This document shows, piece after piece, positions 39,515 to 49,708 of a DNA stretch of 64,000 bases. Location of the stretch: positions 14,171 through 78,170 of the forward strand of contig DUKZ01000004.1 in NCBI GenBank assembly GCA_013329045.1, read 5' to 3'. A program made the translations under genes and the position numbers. Under the pieces are notes generated by a model. The model was not told the origin of the DNA. It saw nothing but the letters and a program-made list of their open reading frames with translations, and searched no databases. Each line of letters begins with the position of its first letter. Within the stretch, counting starts at the first letter, position 1. The stretch comes from Candidatus Woesearchaeota archaeon. Its GTDB lineage: Archaea > Nanobdellota > Nanobdellia > Woesearchaeales > UBA9989.

Positions 39515-42500
39515 CTAAATTTCTGCATGAGGTGGTATTTCTATGCAGGCAACGTCGCCTGGAATATCTTGGTTTGAACATGAATTCATTTGGAAGCATT
39601 GAGGGGAACCTGGTATTGGTGGACAGGGTCCGTCCTGAGGATGATTCTGGTAAAAAGCATTTAAGCAATTTGATGCACATTCACCCGCAGTTTTACCCAT
39701 GAATGGGTAAGGGTCAGGGGGGAGGGCTGGTTGATAATTACAACCACCGCCCTGTTGTCCAGAACCCATTCCAATTGAATAACTGATTGAACATCCAAAC
39801 TGAACATGAACCACACAAGTAGCTTTGCAAGCACCATTATCCCCCACATATTGACAGGATGCACCCTCACCCGAACAAGACCCCTTTTGAGTACCGGGGT
39901 AGTCCCACTGATACATATGATCGTTATAACAATCCCCGGGACAATTATCATGACAGTCTGATTGAGTACCATAAGGCCAACCAGATCCGTCAGGGCATGC
40001 CCAATACTCTCCCCCATCATTACAATATTCAATATTAACTGTGTTGTAATCACCGCAGACATATCTATAATTCCCAACATCAGCTTTAGATGAACAAGTA
40101 TCTGATGGTGAATTCCTCCTGGTCACTGAACACCCATTAGCATCACCGCCAATCCAATTAGTGTACATCGAGCAGTATGTACTAAGGCAAGCATCATTGT
40201 TTTGGTTTAGATAATTACAATACCCTGATATTGCATCATGTCGGCATAAACCACTCGTACCAGGAAGGAGAATCACACATGTATCCTGCATGCAAGCAGA
40301 TGTTTCACAATCACCATCCGAGTAACATTCACCCCATGTACCACCAGAAGAGGAGGAAGAACTACTTGAAGATGAGCTTGAACCTCCTGAAGAAGAACTA
40401 GATGAGCTACTAGAAGAACCTCCTGAAGAGGAAGTAGATGATGAAGAGCTGGAAGAACTGCTCGAACTTGATGATGAGGAGGAACCTCCTGAAGAACTTG
40501 AAGACGACGAGCTGCTTGAGCTAGATGAGCTCCCCGAGGAACTTGAAGATGAACTTGAACTGGAAGAAGAGGAGCTACTCGATGAGCTAGAAGAACTAGA
40601 AGAAGAGGAACTAGAAGAACCACCAGAAGAAGAACTAGAACCGCTAGAAGAAGAACTAGAAGAAGAAGAGGAACTACTACTAGAACTAGAAGAAGAGCTC
40701 GAACTAGAAGAACCACCAGAAGAACTACTAGAACTAGAAGAGGAAGAGCTAGAACTGCTTGATGATGAACTGGAAGAAGAGCTGCTAGAAGAAGAACTAG
40801 ATGATCCGCCAGAAGAACTCGATGAGGAAGAGGTTGATGAACTACTCGATGATGAACTAGAAGAGCTCGATGAGCCACCAGAGGAACTGCTCGAAGATGA
40901 ACTTGATGAGGAACTGCTTGATCCGGAACACTGGCTCGTGTCTTCTGACAAGTAATCATATTCATAAGGACAATCCTTGTAGCAATAGATATCAGGCCTC
41001 TGCCAGGAATAGGCTTGCATCTCATTTGGCTGACAGGTGCCATCGCCACAATATTCCTGAGCACAATCAATCGAACAAGTAATGGGGCTTTCATCCGGTG
41101 CACAGTATGTATCCCCGCACCTGCCGCAGTCCTGCCAGCACAGCTCGCCGCTGCCCCACATGAAGCTTTCTAGCTCGAGGAAACTGCAGAATCCATTCCC
41201 GCAATCGCTTGGAACAAGCCTGTCCCAACAATAATCAGGACAACGGTAGTAATTCGCCGGGTCATCGCACCATTCAGGGAAATAACTAGAAGCGCCATAC
41301 CAGCAATCCTGGCAATCAGAGCAGGAGGGAGAGCTTTCATGAGCGCCGCACAATCCATCTCCACACTCATCGCAATCAAAGGGGCAATTTGCATGCGACT
41401 CACCATAACCACAGGTCCTATCGCCACAATAGCCGCAATCCTGGCTGCACGTAATGGTGTTTTCATTTCCTCTGCAATACCCATCACCGCACACATTGCA
41501 ATCATCGGGGCAATTGACCATTGATTCGCTTGCATCACACTCATCATCACCGCAGACAGTCTCGCTATCAATGAACCGTGACATGCAGGCAGGATCGAAC
41601 CGGTCAATCAATACATCTGCATCATTATCAATGCTGTCGCTGCACTGCGTCGTGCCGCCATCTTCAGAATTATCAGAGCGGCTCTCACAACCAAAATCAC
41701 ATGGATAATCAATATCGCCATCCTCATCATTATCAATGCCATCAGCGCATTCGGGCATTATGACCGGATGAGACTCGAGATCATCATAGTATCCAGAACA
41801 ATCAGGATCTTCAAGATCAATGAACCCGTCGAGGTCATCATCAATAAAATTAGAACATTGGGTCTCACGGACAAGGACATACGCTGTTGCCTTAGCACAA
41901 TTCGCCACGTCCTCTACCTGGATAGTGCATGATCCTGGCGCCTCTGCAGTCACAGTCATTACCGAGTAAGGGTCTTGAGTTTCCTTGTTGCCAAGAGAGC
42001 AGGCATTTCGCTGGCCATAGATATTATACTCATTCGAAAGGAACGTCCATACATAGTCAGGATAATTAGGCGTGCCGGATGCATAGATATGGGCAAATTC
42101 CTCCCTGATGAGCTCAAAATAATCCTGGAGGATAGTAATTTGACCGGATTCTATCTGGCAGTTTGCATTGCAGCCATCGCAGCCGACATTATTGCCATCA
42201 TCACATTCCTCTTCGATCCCCAACACGTTTGGCTGATTCAGCTGGCCATCACCACAATAGCCAAGGCAAGCGAGGCTGTCAGATAGGAGACAGATATCTT
42301 GTCCAGCCTCTTGGATCCGCTGACAAGCCTGGTTCACACAAGTATATCTCCAGTCTGAACAATCGATTGCGCAATTGCTTTGGTCTTCCCATACCTCACA
42401 GATGTCATCTCCGCAAGAGCAATCAGTTGGATTATTGCAGGAAGGAACACCGCCAGCATACCACTCCTGCACGCACGTATTCTGGCTGCATCCAAGACGA

Positions 42501-43816
42501 TACGTCTCTGTCTGGCAGACAGAAGAGCATCCATCACTCGATGCGGTGTTGCCATCATCGCACTGTTCTGCTATACCCTGGCCATCGGGCGATTGAATGA
42601 TGTTATCGCCGCAGGATGTGAGCTGGCAGGTCGTCGAGCACATATCTGAGTTGATCGTATTTGCATCATCGCACTGCTCTTGGATGCCCTCACCATCAGG
42701 CGACTGGACAAGGCCATCACCGCAGGCAGTGAGAATACATTGATTCGAACAGGTATCAGTCTCAACTATGTTCCCATCATCACACTCTTCCCCACTATCA
42801 AGAGCGCCATCACCGCAGATAGCAGGTCCTCCAGATGATGAACTAGAACTGCTAGAAGAAGAACCACCAGAAGAACTAGAAGAAGAACTTGAACCTGAAG
42901 AAGAGCTAGAAGAAGAGGAACTACTACTAGAACTAGAAGAAGAGCTCGAACTAGAAGAACTAGAAGAACCACCAGAAGAACTAGAAGAAGAACTTGAACC
43001 AGAAGAAGAAGTAGAAGAACTTGAAGAAGAAGAACCACCAGAAGAACTGCTAGAACTAGAAGAAGAAGTAGAAGAACTTGAAGAAGAACTCGATGAGCCT
43101 CCAGAAGAGGAGGAAGAAGAACTAGAAGAACCACCAGAAGAACTGGAAGAAGAACTTGAACCAGAAGAAGAAGTAGAAGAAGAACTGCTAGAACTAGAAG
43201 AACCACCAGAAGAACTACTAGAACTAGAAGAAGAAGTAGAAGAACTTGAAGAAGAACTCGATGAGCCTCCAGAAGAGGAGGAAGAAGAACTAGAAGAACC
43301 ACCAGAAGAACTAGAAGAAGAACTTGAACCAGAAGAAGAAGTAGAAGAAGAACTGCTAGAACTAGAAGAACCACCAGAAGATGAACCCCCACCACTCAGT
43401 GCCTGGCCGCAAAAGAGATCCTGAGTCAACTGGAGTGAGGGGCTGCCAATACCTGTTACTTGCTCATCACCCATCGGGATAAGATACCCGTTCTGATCCT
43501 GAAGGAAAATGCAGAAATCGCCCTTGATGTTCAATTGGCGGCGAATCTTCTCATATGCAATTTCCGGATCTGGCTCTGCAGCGATGAGGGGATACACTTT
43601 CTCCTCTGCTATCTGATTACCTGGTGCAATATTGATCTGTGTCGATGATTCTTTTGCAGTCACTTCCTCCCCAATATGCGTTGCCTCAGTCTCTAACTGC
43701 TGCAATGGCGGCGGGGAAAACCAGGTCATGAGCACAATGAAACCAACAACAATAACAAAGAAGATAGTGAGCGCTACGAGCAACTCTACTGATAGTACCT
43801 GACCCCTCTTTTTCAT
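39515..43816 (-). CDS. Giant pilin-like adhesin: class III signal, two poly-Ser linkers, Myxococcus-type Cys-rich repeats
   Basis: MKKRG/QVLSVELLVALTIFF; CGDG...EECDDGN...DGCS..C; CADGIDND.DG.ID repeats; CGDG.C...E....CP.DC repeats. Confidence 0.85.
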   Translation of the reverse strand: MKKRGQVLSVELLVALTIFFVIVVGFIVLMTWFSPPPLQQLETEATHIGEEVTAKESSTQINIAPGNQIAEEKVYPLIAAEPDPEIAYEKIRRQLNIKGDFCIFLQDQNGYLIPMGDEQVTGIGSPSLQLTQDLFCGQALSGGGSSSGGSSSSSSSSSTSSSGSSSSSSSSGGSSSSSSSSSGGSSSSSSSSSTSSSSSSSSSGGSSSSSSSSSTSSSGSSSSSSSSGGSSSSSSSSSGGSSSSSSSSSTSSSSSSSSSGGSSSSSSSTSSSGSSSSSSSSGGSSSSSSSSSSSSSSSSSSSSSSSSGSSSSSSSSGGSSSSSSSSSSGGPAICGDGALDSGEECDDGNIVETDTCSNQCILTACGDGLVQSPDGEGIQEQCDDANTINSDMCSTTCQLTSCGDNIIQSPDGQGIAEQCDDGNTASSDGCSSVCQTETYRLGCSQNTCVQEWYAGGVPSCNNPTDCSCGDDICEVWEDQSNCAIDCSDWRYTCVNQACQRIQEAGQDICLLSDSLACLGYCGDGQLNQPNVLGIEEECDDGNNVGCDGCNANCQIESGQITILQDYFELIREEFAHIYASGTPNYPDYVWTFLSNEYNIYGQRNACSLGNKETQDPYSVMTVTAEAPGSCTIQVEDVANCAKATAYVLVRETQCSNFIDDDLDGFIDLEDPDCSGYYDDLESHPVIMPECADGIDNDEDGDIDYPCDFGCESRSDNSEDGGTTQCSDSIDNDADVLIDRFDPACMSRFIDSETVCGDDECDASESMVNCPDDCNVCGDGYCRGNENTITCSQDCGYCGDRTCGYGESHANCPFDCDECGDGLCGAHESSPSCSDCQDCWYGASSYFPEWCDDPANYYRCPDYCWDRLVPSDCGNGFCSFLELESFMWGSGELCWQDCGRCGDTYCAPDESPITCSIDCAQEYCGDGTCQPNEMQAYSWQRPDIYCYKDCPYEYDYLSEDTSQCSGSSSSSSSSSSSSSSGGSSSSSSSSSSSSSTSSSSSSSGGSSSSSSSSSSSSSSSSSSSSSSSSSSSSSGGSSSSSSSSSSSSSSSSSSSSSSSGSSSSSGGSSSSSSSSSSSSSSSSSSSSSSSSSSSSGSSSSSSSSSSSSSSGGSSSSSSSSSSSSSSSSTSSSGGSSSSSSSSSSGGSSSSSSSSSSSSGGTWGECYSDGDCETSACMQDTCVILLPGTSGLCRHDAISGYCNYLNQNNDACLSTYCSMYTNWIGGDANGCSVTRRNSPSDTCSSKADVGNYRYVCGDYNTVNIEYCNDGGEYWACPDGSGWPYGTQSDCHDNCPGDCYNDHMYQWDYPGTQKGSCSGEGASCQYVGDNGACKATCVVHVQFGCSISYSIGMGSGQQGGGCNYQPALPPDPYPFMGKTAGECASNCLNAFYQNHPQDGPCPPIPGSPQCFQMNSCSNQDIPGDVACIEIPPHAEI
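40340..40925. repeat. Low-complexity poly-Ser(Gly) coding tract 2
   Basis: GAA/CTA/GAG-rich on the + strand. Confidence 0.9.
42830..43390. repeat. Poly-Ser(Gly) coding tract 1 with a 168-bp internal duplication
   Basis: CGATGAGCCTCCAGAAGAGG at 43091 and 43259; a 56-aa unit is repeated. Confidence 0.9.
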
Positions 43817-43935
43817 TACAGACGATCCAGAATTTTATAGTTTATAAGTGTTGCGACAATAACCCGGCATGGTGAATCTGCTTGGCTTATTCGATTCACA
43901 GAAATCAATAAAAAGGGGAATACCAGGCAGAGGGT

Positions 43936-45219
43936 ATGAATAAAGAGAAAAATATGGATAAAGAGAAGGATAAAGAGAAAAAACTGCTCCTCCTTATTGT
44001 CATCCTCTCCTTGCTTGTCCGCATCGGGTATATCTTCCTCTTCACTACACCGCAGAATTATATCAACTCAGACATGTCGTTCTATGACCAATACGCAGAT
44101 GCACTTGTCAATGGAAAACAAATGACCATGTGGACCGCGTGGGCGCCGTTCTATTACATCTATCTTGCCGGATGGTACTGGATCTTCAAGCTCCTTGGGA
44201 TCTATCACCTGAAGTACTATCTCCTGCCGATCATCCATTCCCTCATTTTTGCTTTGTGCACTTATCTTATTTTTGAAACGACAAAAAAACTCTCCAACGC
44301 ACGAGCAGCCCTGATTGCATCCATGATCTATGCATTCTACTACCCTTATATCTACCTGAACATCTTCGTGATGAGTGAAAACCTCTTCTTCCCACTGATC
44401 ATCATCAGCCTCTACCTGATCACGTGCAAACTTGAGAAGAGAAGGACATACTACCTGCTCGGATTCCTCATTGCACTGGCAAGCCTGGCCAGGCCAGTCC
44501 TCCTTCTCTTTATACCGGCATTCATGCTCTGGACTCTGCTCTATCAAGAAAAGCCGACCTTCAAGATATTCCTTTTCCTTGTGCCAATCCTGCTGCTCTT
44601 TTGCGCCCAGGCAGCATTCAATTACTCAATGACAGAAGGGAAGGTGAAAGGGCCGTTTTCCAACGGCGCCCTTAACATGGCATTTGCCTGGTGCGACCTG
44701 CGAGGCATTATCTATAATGGAGATTACCATTGGGAGTTTGGGCCACCAGCAGCAATTTACTACCCAGAGTCAAAGATCATCAACACAACAGTAGAGTTTA
44801 CTAATCAGCCATATTATTATTCCATGGCATTTGAATGCCTCAAGAAAGATCCAAAACAGCTCCTCTACCGTTTCAAAGGGATTACCCGCTTGTTTCAAAG
44901 CCAATTATTTCCCTGGTATCAGAACATAGCCGGGTGGAGAGTGCTCATCCTTATCTTTAAAATCATCACCGCGGTATTGCTCATCCCTTTTTCGTTCTAT
45001 TCCATCAGCAAGATCAAAAGGAAAGACATCCTCATCCTTTTCGGGCTGCTGCTGCTCTCCGTCTTTGCCATCGAATACCTCGCGAATGCAGGGGAAGAGA
45101 GGCACTTTATCCCGTTCACGATCGTGTTTATCATCCTTGGCAGCATAGGCATGGAATCTTTTTTGCACAACCATTTTATAGAGGAAAGAAAAAAGAAGGA
45201 CAATGCTCACCCGCGATGA
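43936..45219 (+). CDS. GT-C fold glycosyltransferase (ArnT/PMT-like)
   Basis: SDMSFYDQYA loop, APFYYIYLA, MSENLF, LARP, EERHFIP; polytopic. Confidence 0.8.
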   Translation: MNKEKNMDKEKDKEKKLLLLIVILSLLVRIGYIFLFTTPQNYINSDMSFYDQYADALVNGKQMTMWTAWAPFYYIYLAGWYWIFKLLGIYHLKYYLLPIIHSLIFALCTYLIFETTKKLSNARAALIASMIYAFYYPYIYLNIFVMSENLFFPLIIISLYLITCKLEKRRTYYLLGFLIALASLARPVLLLFIPAFMLWTLLYQEKPTFKIFLFLVPILLLFCAQAAFNYSMTEGKVKGPFSNGALNMAFAWCDLRGIIYNGDYHWEFGPPAAIYYPESKIINTTVEFTNQPYYYSMAFECLKKDPKQLLYRFKGITRLFQSQLFPWYQNIAGWRVLILIFKIITAVLLIPFSFYSISKIKRKDILILFGLLLLSVFAIEYLANAGEERHFIPFTIVFIILGSIGMESFLHNHFIEERKKKDNAHPR

Positions 45220-46234
45220 CCTCAAAGATGCACTCTGGCATTATTATGCAAACCTCTTCCTGATCTGGCTTGCCATTCTCTTCTATAAGACAAATGCCTA
45301 CTACAAAGGGTTCATCCGGGCGGAGGCAATGCAGGTGCTCCTTTTCATGGCGATTGGCTATACCATCTTTGCGTTTCCTTATTACCTTGTCTTGCCGGTA
45401 GCTGGAAAGGGAAGCAAAGGATCCATCCTTCTTCGCGCAATGAAACGAGTATGGATCGAAGGACGGGTATACCTTCGAGCATTTGTATCAAAACCAGAGC
45501 ATCCCCTCCCAAGACTAGAGCAGCATGAGAAGACCGCGTTATTGTTTGTCTTGGTGAAAATCTTCTTTTTGCCGATCATGCTCACGTTCTTCTTCAACAA
45601 CTATTTCCACATCAAGGGCCTGCTTGTGGGGCTCAATAATACACCGCTTGCATTTACTGCAGATATGTTCTTTTCAAAGCTTTATCCAGCCATCATCCCG
45701 CTCATCTTTCTGCTCGATACCCTCTGGTTCTCTTTTGGGTACGCATTTGAATTTTCCTGGCTGAAAAATACAGTAAAATCAGTAGAACCCACCGTTTTTG
45801 GATGGATTGTTGCCCTCATGTGCTATCCGCCATTCAATTCGGTGACGGCACAATATGCACCATTTTACACAAATGAACTGGTGGAGTGGGGTTCCCGGAC
45901 GATGTATATCAGATTTGGCATACTGATCGCATTGCTCATCTACCTCTGGGCAACATTTGCCCTTGGGGCAAAATGCTCAAACCTGACAAACCGAGGGATT
46001 GTCACTCGGGGACCTTATGGCATTGTCCGCCACCCCGCATACATCGCAAAGAACATCTCCTGGTGGATCATGATCCTGCCGATACTAAGCTGGCAGCTCT
46101 TCTTTTCTGCGATCTTCTGGATCGTTGTATACACGCTCCGGGCAATAACAGAGGAGAGGCACCTGATTAAGGATCCAGACTATGTGGAATATTGCAAGAA
46201 CGTAAAGTGGCGATTTATTCCTTATGTGATTTAA
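45203..46234 (+). CDS. Isoprenylcysteine carboxyl methyltransferase/PEMT family membrane protein
   Basis: SNLTNRGIVTRGPYGIVRHPAY, RAITEERHL, Y.EYC..VKWRFIP. Confidence 0.85.
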   Translation: MLTRDDLKDALWHYYANLFLIWLAILFYKTNAYYKGFIRAEAMQVLLFMAIGYTIFAFPYYLVLPVAGKGSKGSILLRAMKRVWIEGRVYLRAFVSKPEHPLPRLEQHEKTALLFVLVKIFFLPIMLTFFFNNYFHIKGLLVGLNNTPLAFTADMFFSKLYPAIIPLIFLLDTLWFSFGYAFEFSWLKNTVKSVEPTVFGWIVALMCYPPFNSVTAQYAPFYTNELVEWGSRTMYIRFGILIALLIYLWATFALGAKCSNLTNRGIVTRGPYGIVRHPAYIAKNISWWIMILPILSWQLFFSAIFWIVVYTLRAITEERHLIKDPDYVEYCKNVKWRFIPYVI

Positions 46235-46637
46235 TAATGTTCTTTGCTGAGTCAACGAACTCTTTGATAACAACAACCTGCTGAAGAATCTCCCACACCT
46301 CTTCTTCTCCAAAGTCCTGATACTCATGAGCTAATAAATTCCTTGCGTGCACCAAATCAATCAATTTTGTTGCTTGTGATTGAGAGATGATTTTTCCTCT
46401 CGCCAGGAGGGTAAAAATCATTTTATAGGAATCTGGTATGCTGAGTTTTTTCATGAACACCAGTTCTTCCCCCAGGTCAATCATACGATTAAGCAGAGAA
46501 AAAAGAAGCATAGAAGCAGCATAAAAGTTCCTTTTTTCTGAAAGGTCCTGCCTCCGAAGATCGAGAACCTCAAGATCAGCAAAGTATTTTTCTATATCCC
46601 CAATGATCTTTGCTAAACGTTCTCTGTCAGCTTTCAT
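46215..46637 (-). CDS. HEPN/DUF86 RNase toxin (HepT-like)
   Basis: Rx4HxY motif RNLLAHEY; start at ATG 46637. Confidence 0.88.
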   Translation of the reverse strand: MKADRERLAKIIGDIEKYFADLEVLDLRRQDLSEKRNFYAASMLLFSLLNRMIDLGEELVFMKKLSIPDSYKMIFTLLARGKIISQSQATKLIDLVHARNLLAHEYQDFGEEEVWEILQQVVVIKEFVDSAKNIIKSHKE

Positions 46638-46996
46638 GCCAACACCCTCCTTGCCACCCTTTCGAGCATTGACTTGCAATCAAGGTATTCTTTTACCGTT
46701 CTGATCATCACCCATCTCAAGTAATGCTTGTCCTTGATAAACAGGGGCTTTCCCTCCTTGAATACACGAAACTTTATTGTTGGTGGCAAATCCGAGAGCA
46801 CTGTCATATCAACATATTTTGAAGAAAGGCTGAGCAGTTCTTTTCGTTTCTTTCTAGTAATATCTGTTTTAGTGATGATACAATAATCATAATCAGAATA
46901 TGGCCTCGCAGTACCCTTTACTTGAGAGCCAAAAAGAAAAACGGCAATGACATCTGAATCACGCTTCAATTGCTGAATTAACCTGTCTGAAAGCAT
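46634..46996 (-). CDS. Minimal nucleotidyltransferase antitoxin (MntA-like)
   Basis: LFGSQVKG...SDYD, VD...L; ATGA-coupled to the HEPN gene. Confidence 0.88.
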   Translation of the reverse strand: MLSDRLIQQLKRDSDVIAVFLFGSQVKGTARPYSDYDYCIITKTDITRKKRKELLSLSSKYVDMTVLSDLPPTIKFRVFKEGKPLFIKDKHYLRWVMIRTVKEYLDCKSMLERVARRVLA

Positions 46997-47047
46997 AAAG
47001 CAGGGAAGTTCTTCAGACATTTAAATCTTCTGGTGTTTTCCTATCAT

Positions 47048-47107
47048 CATCTCATGATGATTCACCTCATGATGACCCATCTCATAATAATGCACCTCAC
47101 GAGGATT
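47048..47107. repeat. Four 15-bp tandem repeats upstream of the MNT-HEPN promoter
   Basis: CATCTCATGATGATT CACCTCATGATGACC CATCTCATAATAATG CACCTCACGAGGATT. Confidence 0.8.
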
Positions 47108-47118
47108 ATTCGCATTAT

Positions 47119-47442
47119 CTACAGGTGCGCTTTGATTGCCTCTTTTTTTATCTCGTAATGCGAAGCTGAATAGACAACTTTTCCATCTTTTAGGACGATG
47201 ACCTGCGGCGATTCATGTTTTACTAGCAGGTCGTCTGCGATTTTCAGTGAGACATCGCGTTGCTCAATAACGAGAACTCTTGTTAGGATGATGCCTTTTG
47301 GCAAATCTTCCTCCAGTGCAGCGACTTCTCTTGCGGCAGCCGCACTGATTGGGCATCTCGTGCTGTGCTTGAAGATGACCACAACCGGCTGATTGTACAA
47401 CTCCTTCAGATCATCAATGCTTGTCAATTCTTTCATTTTCAT
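47119..47442 (-). CDS. YtxJ family monothiol thioredoxin-like protein
   Basis: IFKHSTRCPISAAA, RDVS..IA..L.VKHESPQVI, ASH. Confidence 0.88.
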   Translation of the reverse strand: MKMKELTSIDDLKELYNQPVVVIFKHSTRCPISAAAAREVAALEEDLPKGIILTRVLVIEQRDVSLKIADDLLVKHESPQVIVLKDGKVVYSASHYEIKKEAIKAHL

Positions 47443-48200
47443 GTCCTCATGCGATAGCCGATCCTGAACAGGTGGAGGCAGATGGATGTGATGAGGATAG
47501 AAAGAATGACCAGGTAGAGCACACCGGCATAGATCGATGCGTCATGAAAACCGATCATCGCATACCTTGTCCCATCGATCATCGCAAAGAGAGGATTCCA
47601 CCTCGTGAGCGCTGCGAGGAGGGGCGGGACCATATCCAGCGAATAGAACACTCCGCCCAGGAATGTGAGGGGAGTGACGACAAAGTTGATGAAGATATTG
47701 AGCTCTTGCCATTCCTTTGCAACAAGGCCGATGATGATGCCAAGGCCTGCAAAAACGTATGCGATCAAGGTGAGATACAAGAGGAGGAGGAAGGGATGGG
47801 CGATGTGAACCTTTATGAAAAATAACGCGATGATCAATGTTCCAATACCAAGAAAAAATCCCCTCAGGATGCCTGCGAGCAAGTACCCAGTAATCATTTC
47901 TGCATAAGACAAAGGAGCCAATAAGATGTCAGTGATAAACCCCATGCTTCTTGCGACAAAAAGGCTTCCGGAAGGATTTGAGTAAGAGCCGTTGATGATG
48001 TTTTGCACCAAAAGGCCTGGAAGGATAAACAAGAGATATCCATAACCATGCACTTCCCTAATCCTTGATCCGATAGCTATGCCGAAGATAAGCATGTAGA
48101 AAAAAACGACGAGGAGCTGGGGATAAATTGTTGTATGGGGGACTGTAAAGAAACGCTGGAATTCTCTCTTGAAATGCGTTGAAAAACTGATCCAGTTCAT
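47439..48200 (-). CDS. ABC-2 type permease
   Basis: FILPGL, PLTFLGGVFYSL, NPL..MIDG.R. Confidence 0.92.
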   Translation of the reverse strand: MNWISFSTHFKREFQRFFTVPHTTIYPQLLVVFFYMLIFGIAIGSRIREVHGYGYLLFILPGLLVQNIINGSYSNPSGSLFVARSMGFITDILLAPLSYAEMITGYLLAGILRGFFLGIGTLIIALFFIKVHIAHPFLLLLYLTLIAYVFAGLGIIIGLVAKEWQELNIFINFVVTPLTFLGGVFYSLDMVPPLLAALTRWNPLFAMIDGTRYAMIGFHDASIYAGVLYLVILSILITSICLHLFRIGYRMRT

Positions 48201-49078
48201 CGTGTCAGCCTCACAAAGATGTCCTCTAGGTCTTCCTTCTCGGTTGAGATGTCAAGGACCGGGTTTTTCTCTTTCTGGAATGCCTTAATAATGGCCTCGA
48301 CAGGGAGATTGGAAAAAAGAATTGAGTCATGCTCAATTTTCCCCTTTATCCCGGGGGGGATGGCGAGCTTCTTTGGGCGCACCCTGATAGTGGCATTGCC
48401 AAGCTCCTTAATGATCTCCCCTGTGTTTCTTATCATGATAATCCTGCCGTGATGAATGATGCCAACCCGATCAGCCAGCCGCTCGGCCTCATCAATGTAA
48501 TGGGTAGTAAGGAGGATGGTTTTCCCCTGCCCTTTGAGCTTATTGAGGTAATCCCACATCTCAAGCCTCAAGTCAACATCCAATGCAGCGGTAGGCTCAT
48601 CTAGGATAAGCAGCTTGGGATCATGGACCATTGCCTTTGCGATGGAGAGACGACGTTTCATCCCGCCGGAGAGCTGACGGACCTTCACCTTCGCCTTTTT
48701 CTCCAAGTCAAACAGCTCGAGAAGCTCCCTGATCCGCGGAAGAGAGTGATTTTTCGGAATGCCCATATACCCTGCCTGGAACTCCATAATCTCCTGAACA
48801 GTGAAATAGACATCAAAAGAATATTCCTGAGGAGAGAGGCCGATGCATTTCCTTGCCTGAACATACTCCCTGACCACATCAAAGCCAAAGACAGCTATCG
48901 CTCCACTGGTGATTGTAGAAAGGCCAGTGATGCAATTAATCGTTGTTGTCTTCCCAGCACCATTTGGTCCAAGAAAGCCAAAGATCTCACCCTCCTGTAT
49001 AGTAAAAGATATACGGTCGAGAGCACGATCGCCATCATATGTTTTTACCAGATCCTTTATCTCAACAGCTGGTCTCAT
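48197..49078 (-). CDS. ABC transporter ATP-binding protein
   Basis: GPNGAGKTT, LSGGMKRR, ILDEPT, TTH. Confidence 0.95.
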   Translation of the reverse strand: MRPAVEIKDLVKTYDGDRALDRISFTIQEGEIFGFLGPNGAGKTTTINCITGLSTITSGAIAVFGFDVVREYVQARKCIGLSPQEYSFDVYFTVQEIMEFQAGYMGIPKNHSLPRIRELLELFDLEKKAKVKVRQLSGGMKRRLSIAKAMVHDPKLLILDEPTAALDVDLRLEMWDYLNKLKGQGKTILLTTHYIDEAERLADRVGIIHHGRIIMIRNTGEIIKELGNATIRVRPKKLAIPPGIKGKIEHDSILFSNLPVEAIIKAFQKEKNPVLDISTEKEDLEDIFVRLTR

Positions 49079-49662
49079 GGGAACATTGCAAGGAACACCT
49101 CACCAAAACGTGCGAAAATGATCGTATTAAAGAGGAGGTTGCCAACCAGGGGCGGAAGAGAAACACTCACCGGGTACTGGAAGATAAACACATAAAAAAA
49201 CTGGAGGATGATATTATAAAGGATCGTGATGATGAATCCAATGGTAGCAATATCAAGTCCTTTGATGATCGGCAGGATGACTGCAAGCAGGAGGTATGTC
49301 AATGGGGTAATCATTGAAGAAGGCTGGAAATTCATCGAGATGATCAGGCCAAGGAGGATGGCAAGAAGGGTGAGGGTAATGGCGGGGACTATGCCAAGCT
49401 TGATGCCGGTGATGACAAACAAGAGGGTTCTGAGCTCAAACCCGATCGAGAAATGGGTAAACTTTGTGTAGAACGTGGAGAATACAGCAAGGATGAACAA
49501 AAATGCCGTTGCCAGGAGTGTTTGGAGGGAATGGAAAAAGATGATGATGAGCAGGATGAGGATTGCGATGCCGATGAGCTTTTCTGGTCCATGATCCTTG
49601 AGGAGTTTTTTTAGGGGGGAGAATATCTTTTTGCAGCAACGCTCGATAAAAGACTGTTTCAT
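49075..49662 (-). CDS. Polytopic membrane protein
   Basis: 5-6 TM segments; coupled to the ABC ATPase. Confidence 0.65.
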   Translation of the reverse strand: MKQSFIERCCKKIFSPLKKLLKDHGPEKLIGIAILILLIIIFFHSLQTLLATAFLFILAVFSTFYTKFTHFSIGFELRTLLFVITGIKLGIVPAITLTLLAILLGLIISMNFQPSSMITPLTYLLLAVILPIIKGLDIATIGFIITILYNIILQFFYVFIFQYPVSVSLPPLVGNLLFNTIIFARFGEVFLAMFP

Positions 49663-49708
49663 GGAATATGGGAGAATCAATCATTTATAAAATGATTGTT
49701 GAAGGGAG

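Noticed and set aside
42768-43424. Poly-Glu ORF on the + strand and Leu/Val-rich ORFs at 42766-43395 and 40273-41103
   Set aside because: Shadow frames of the poly-Ser tracts.
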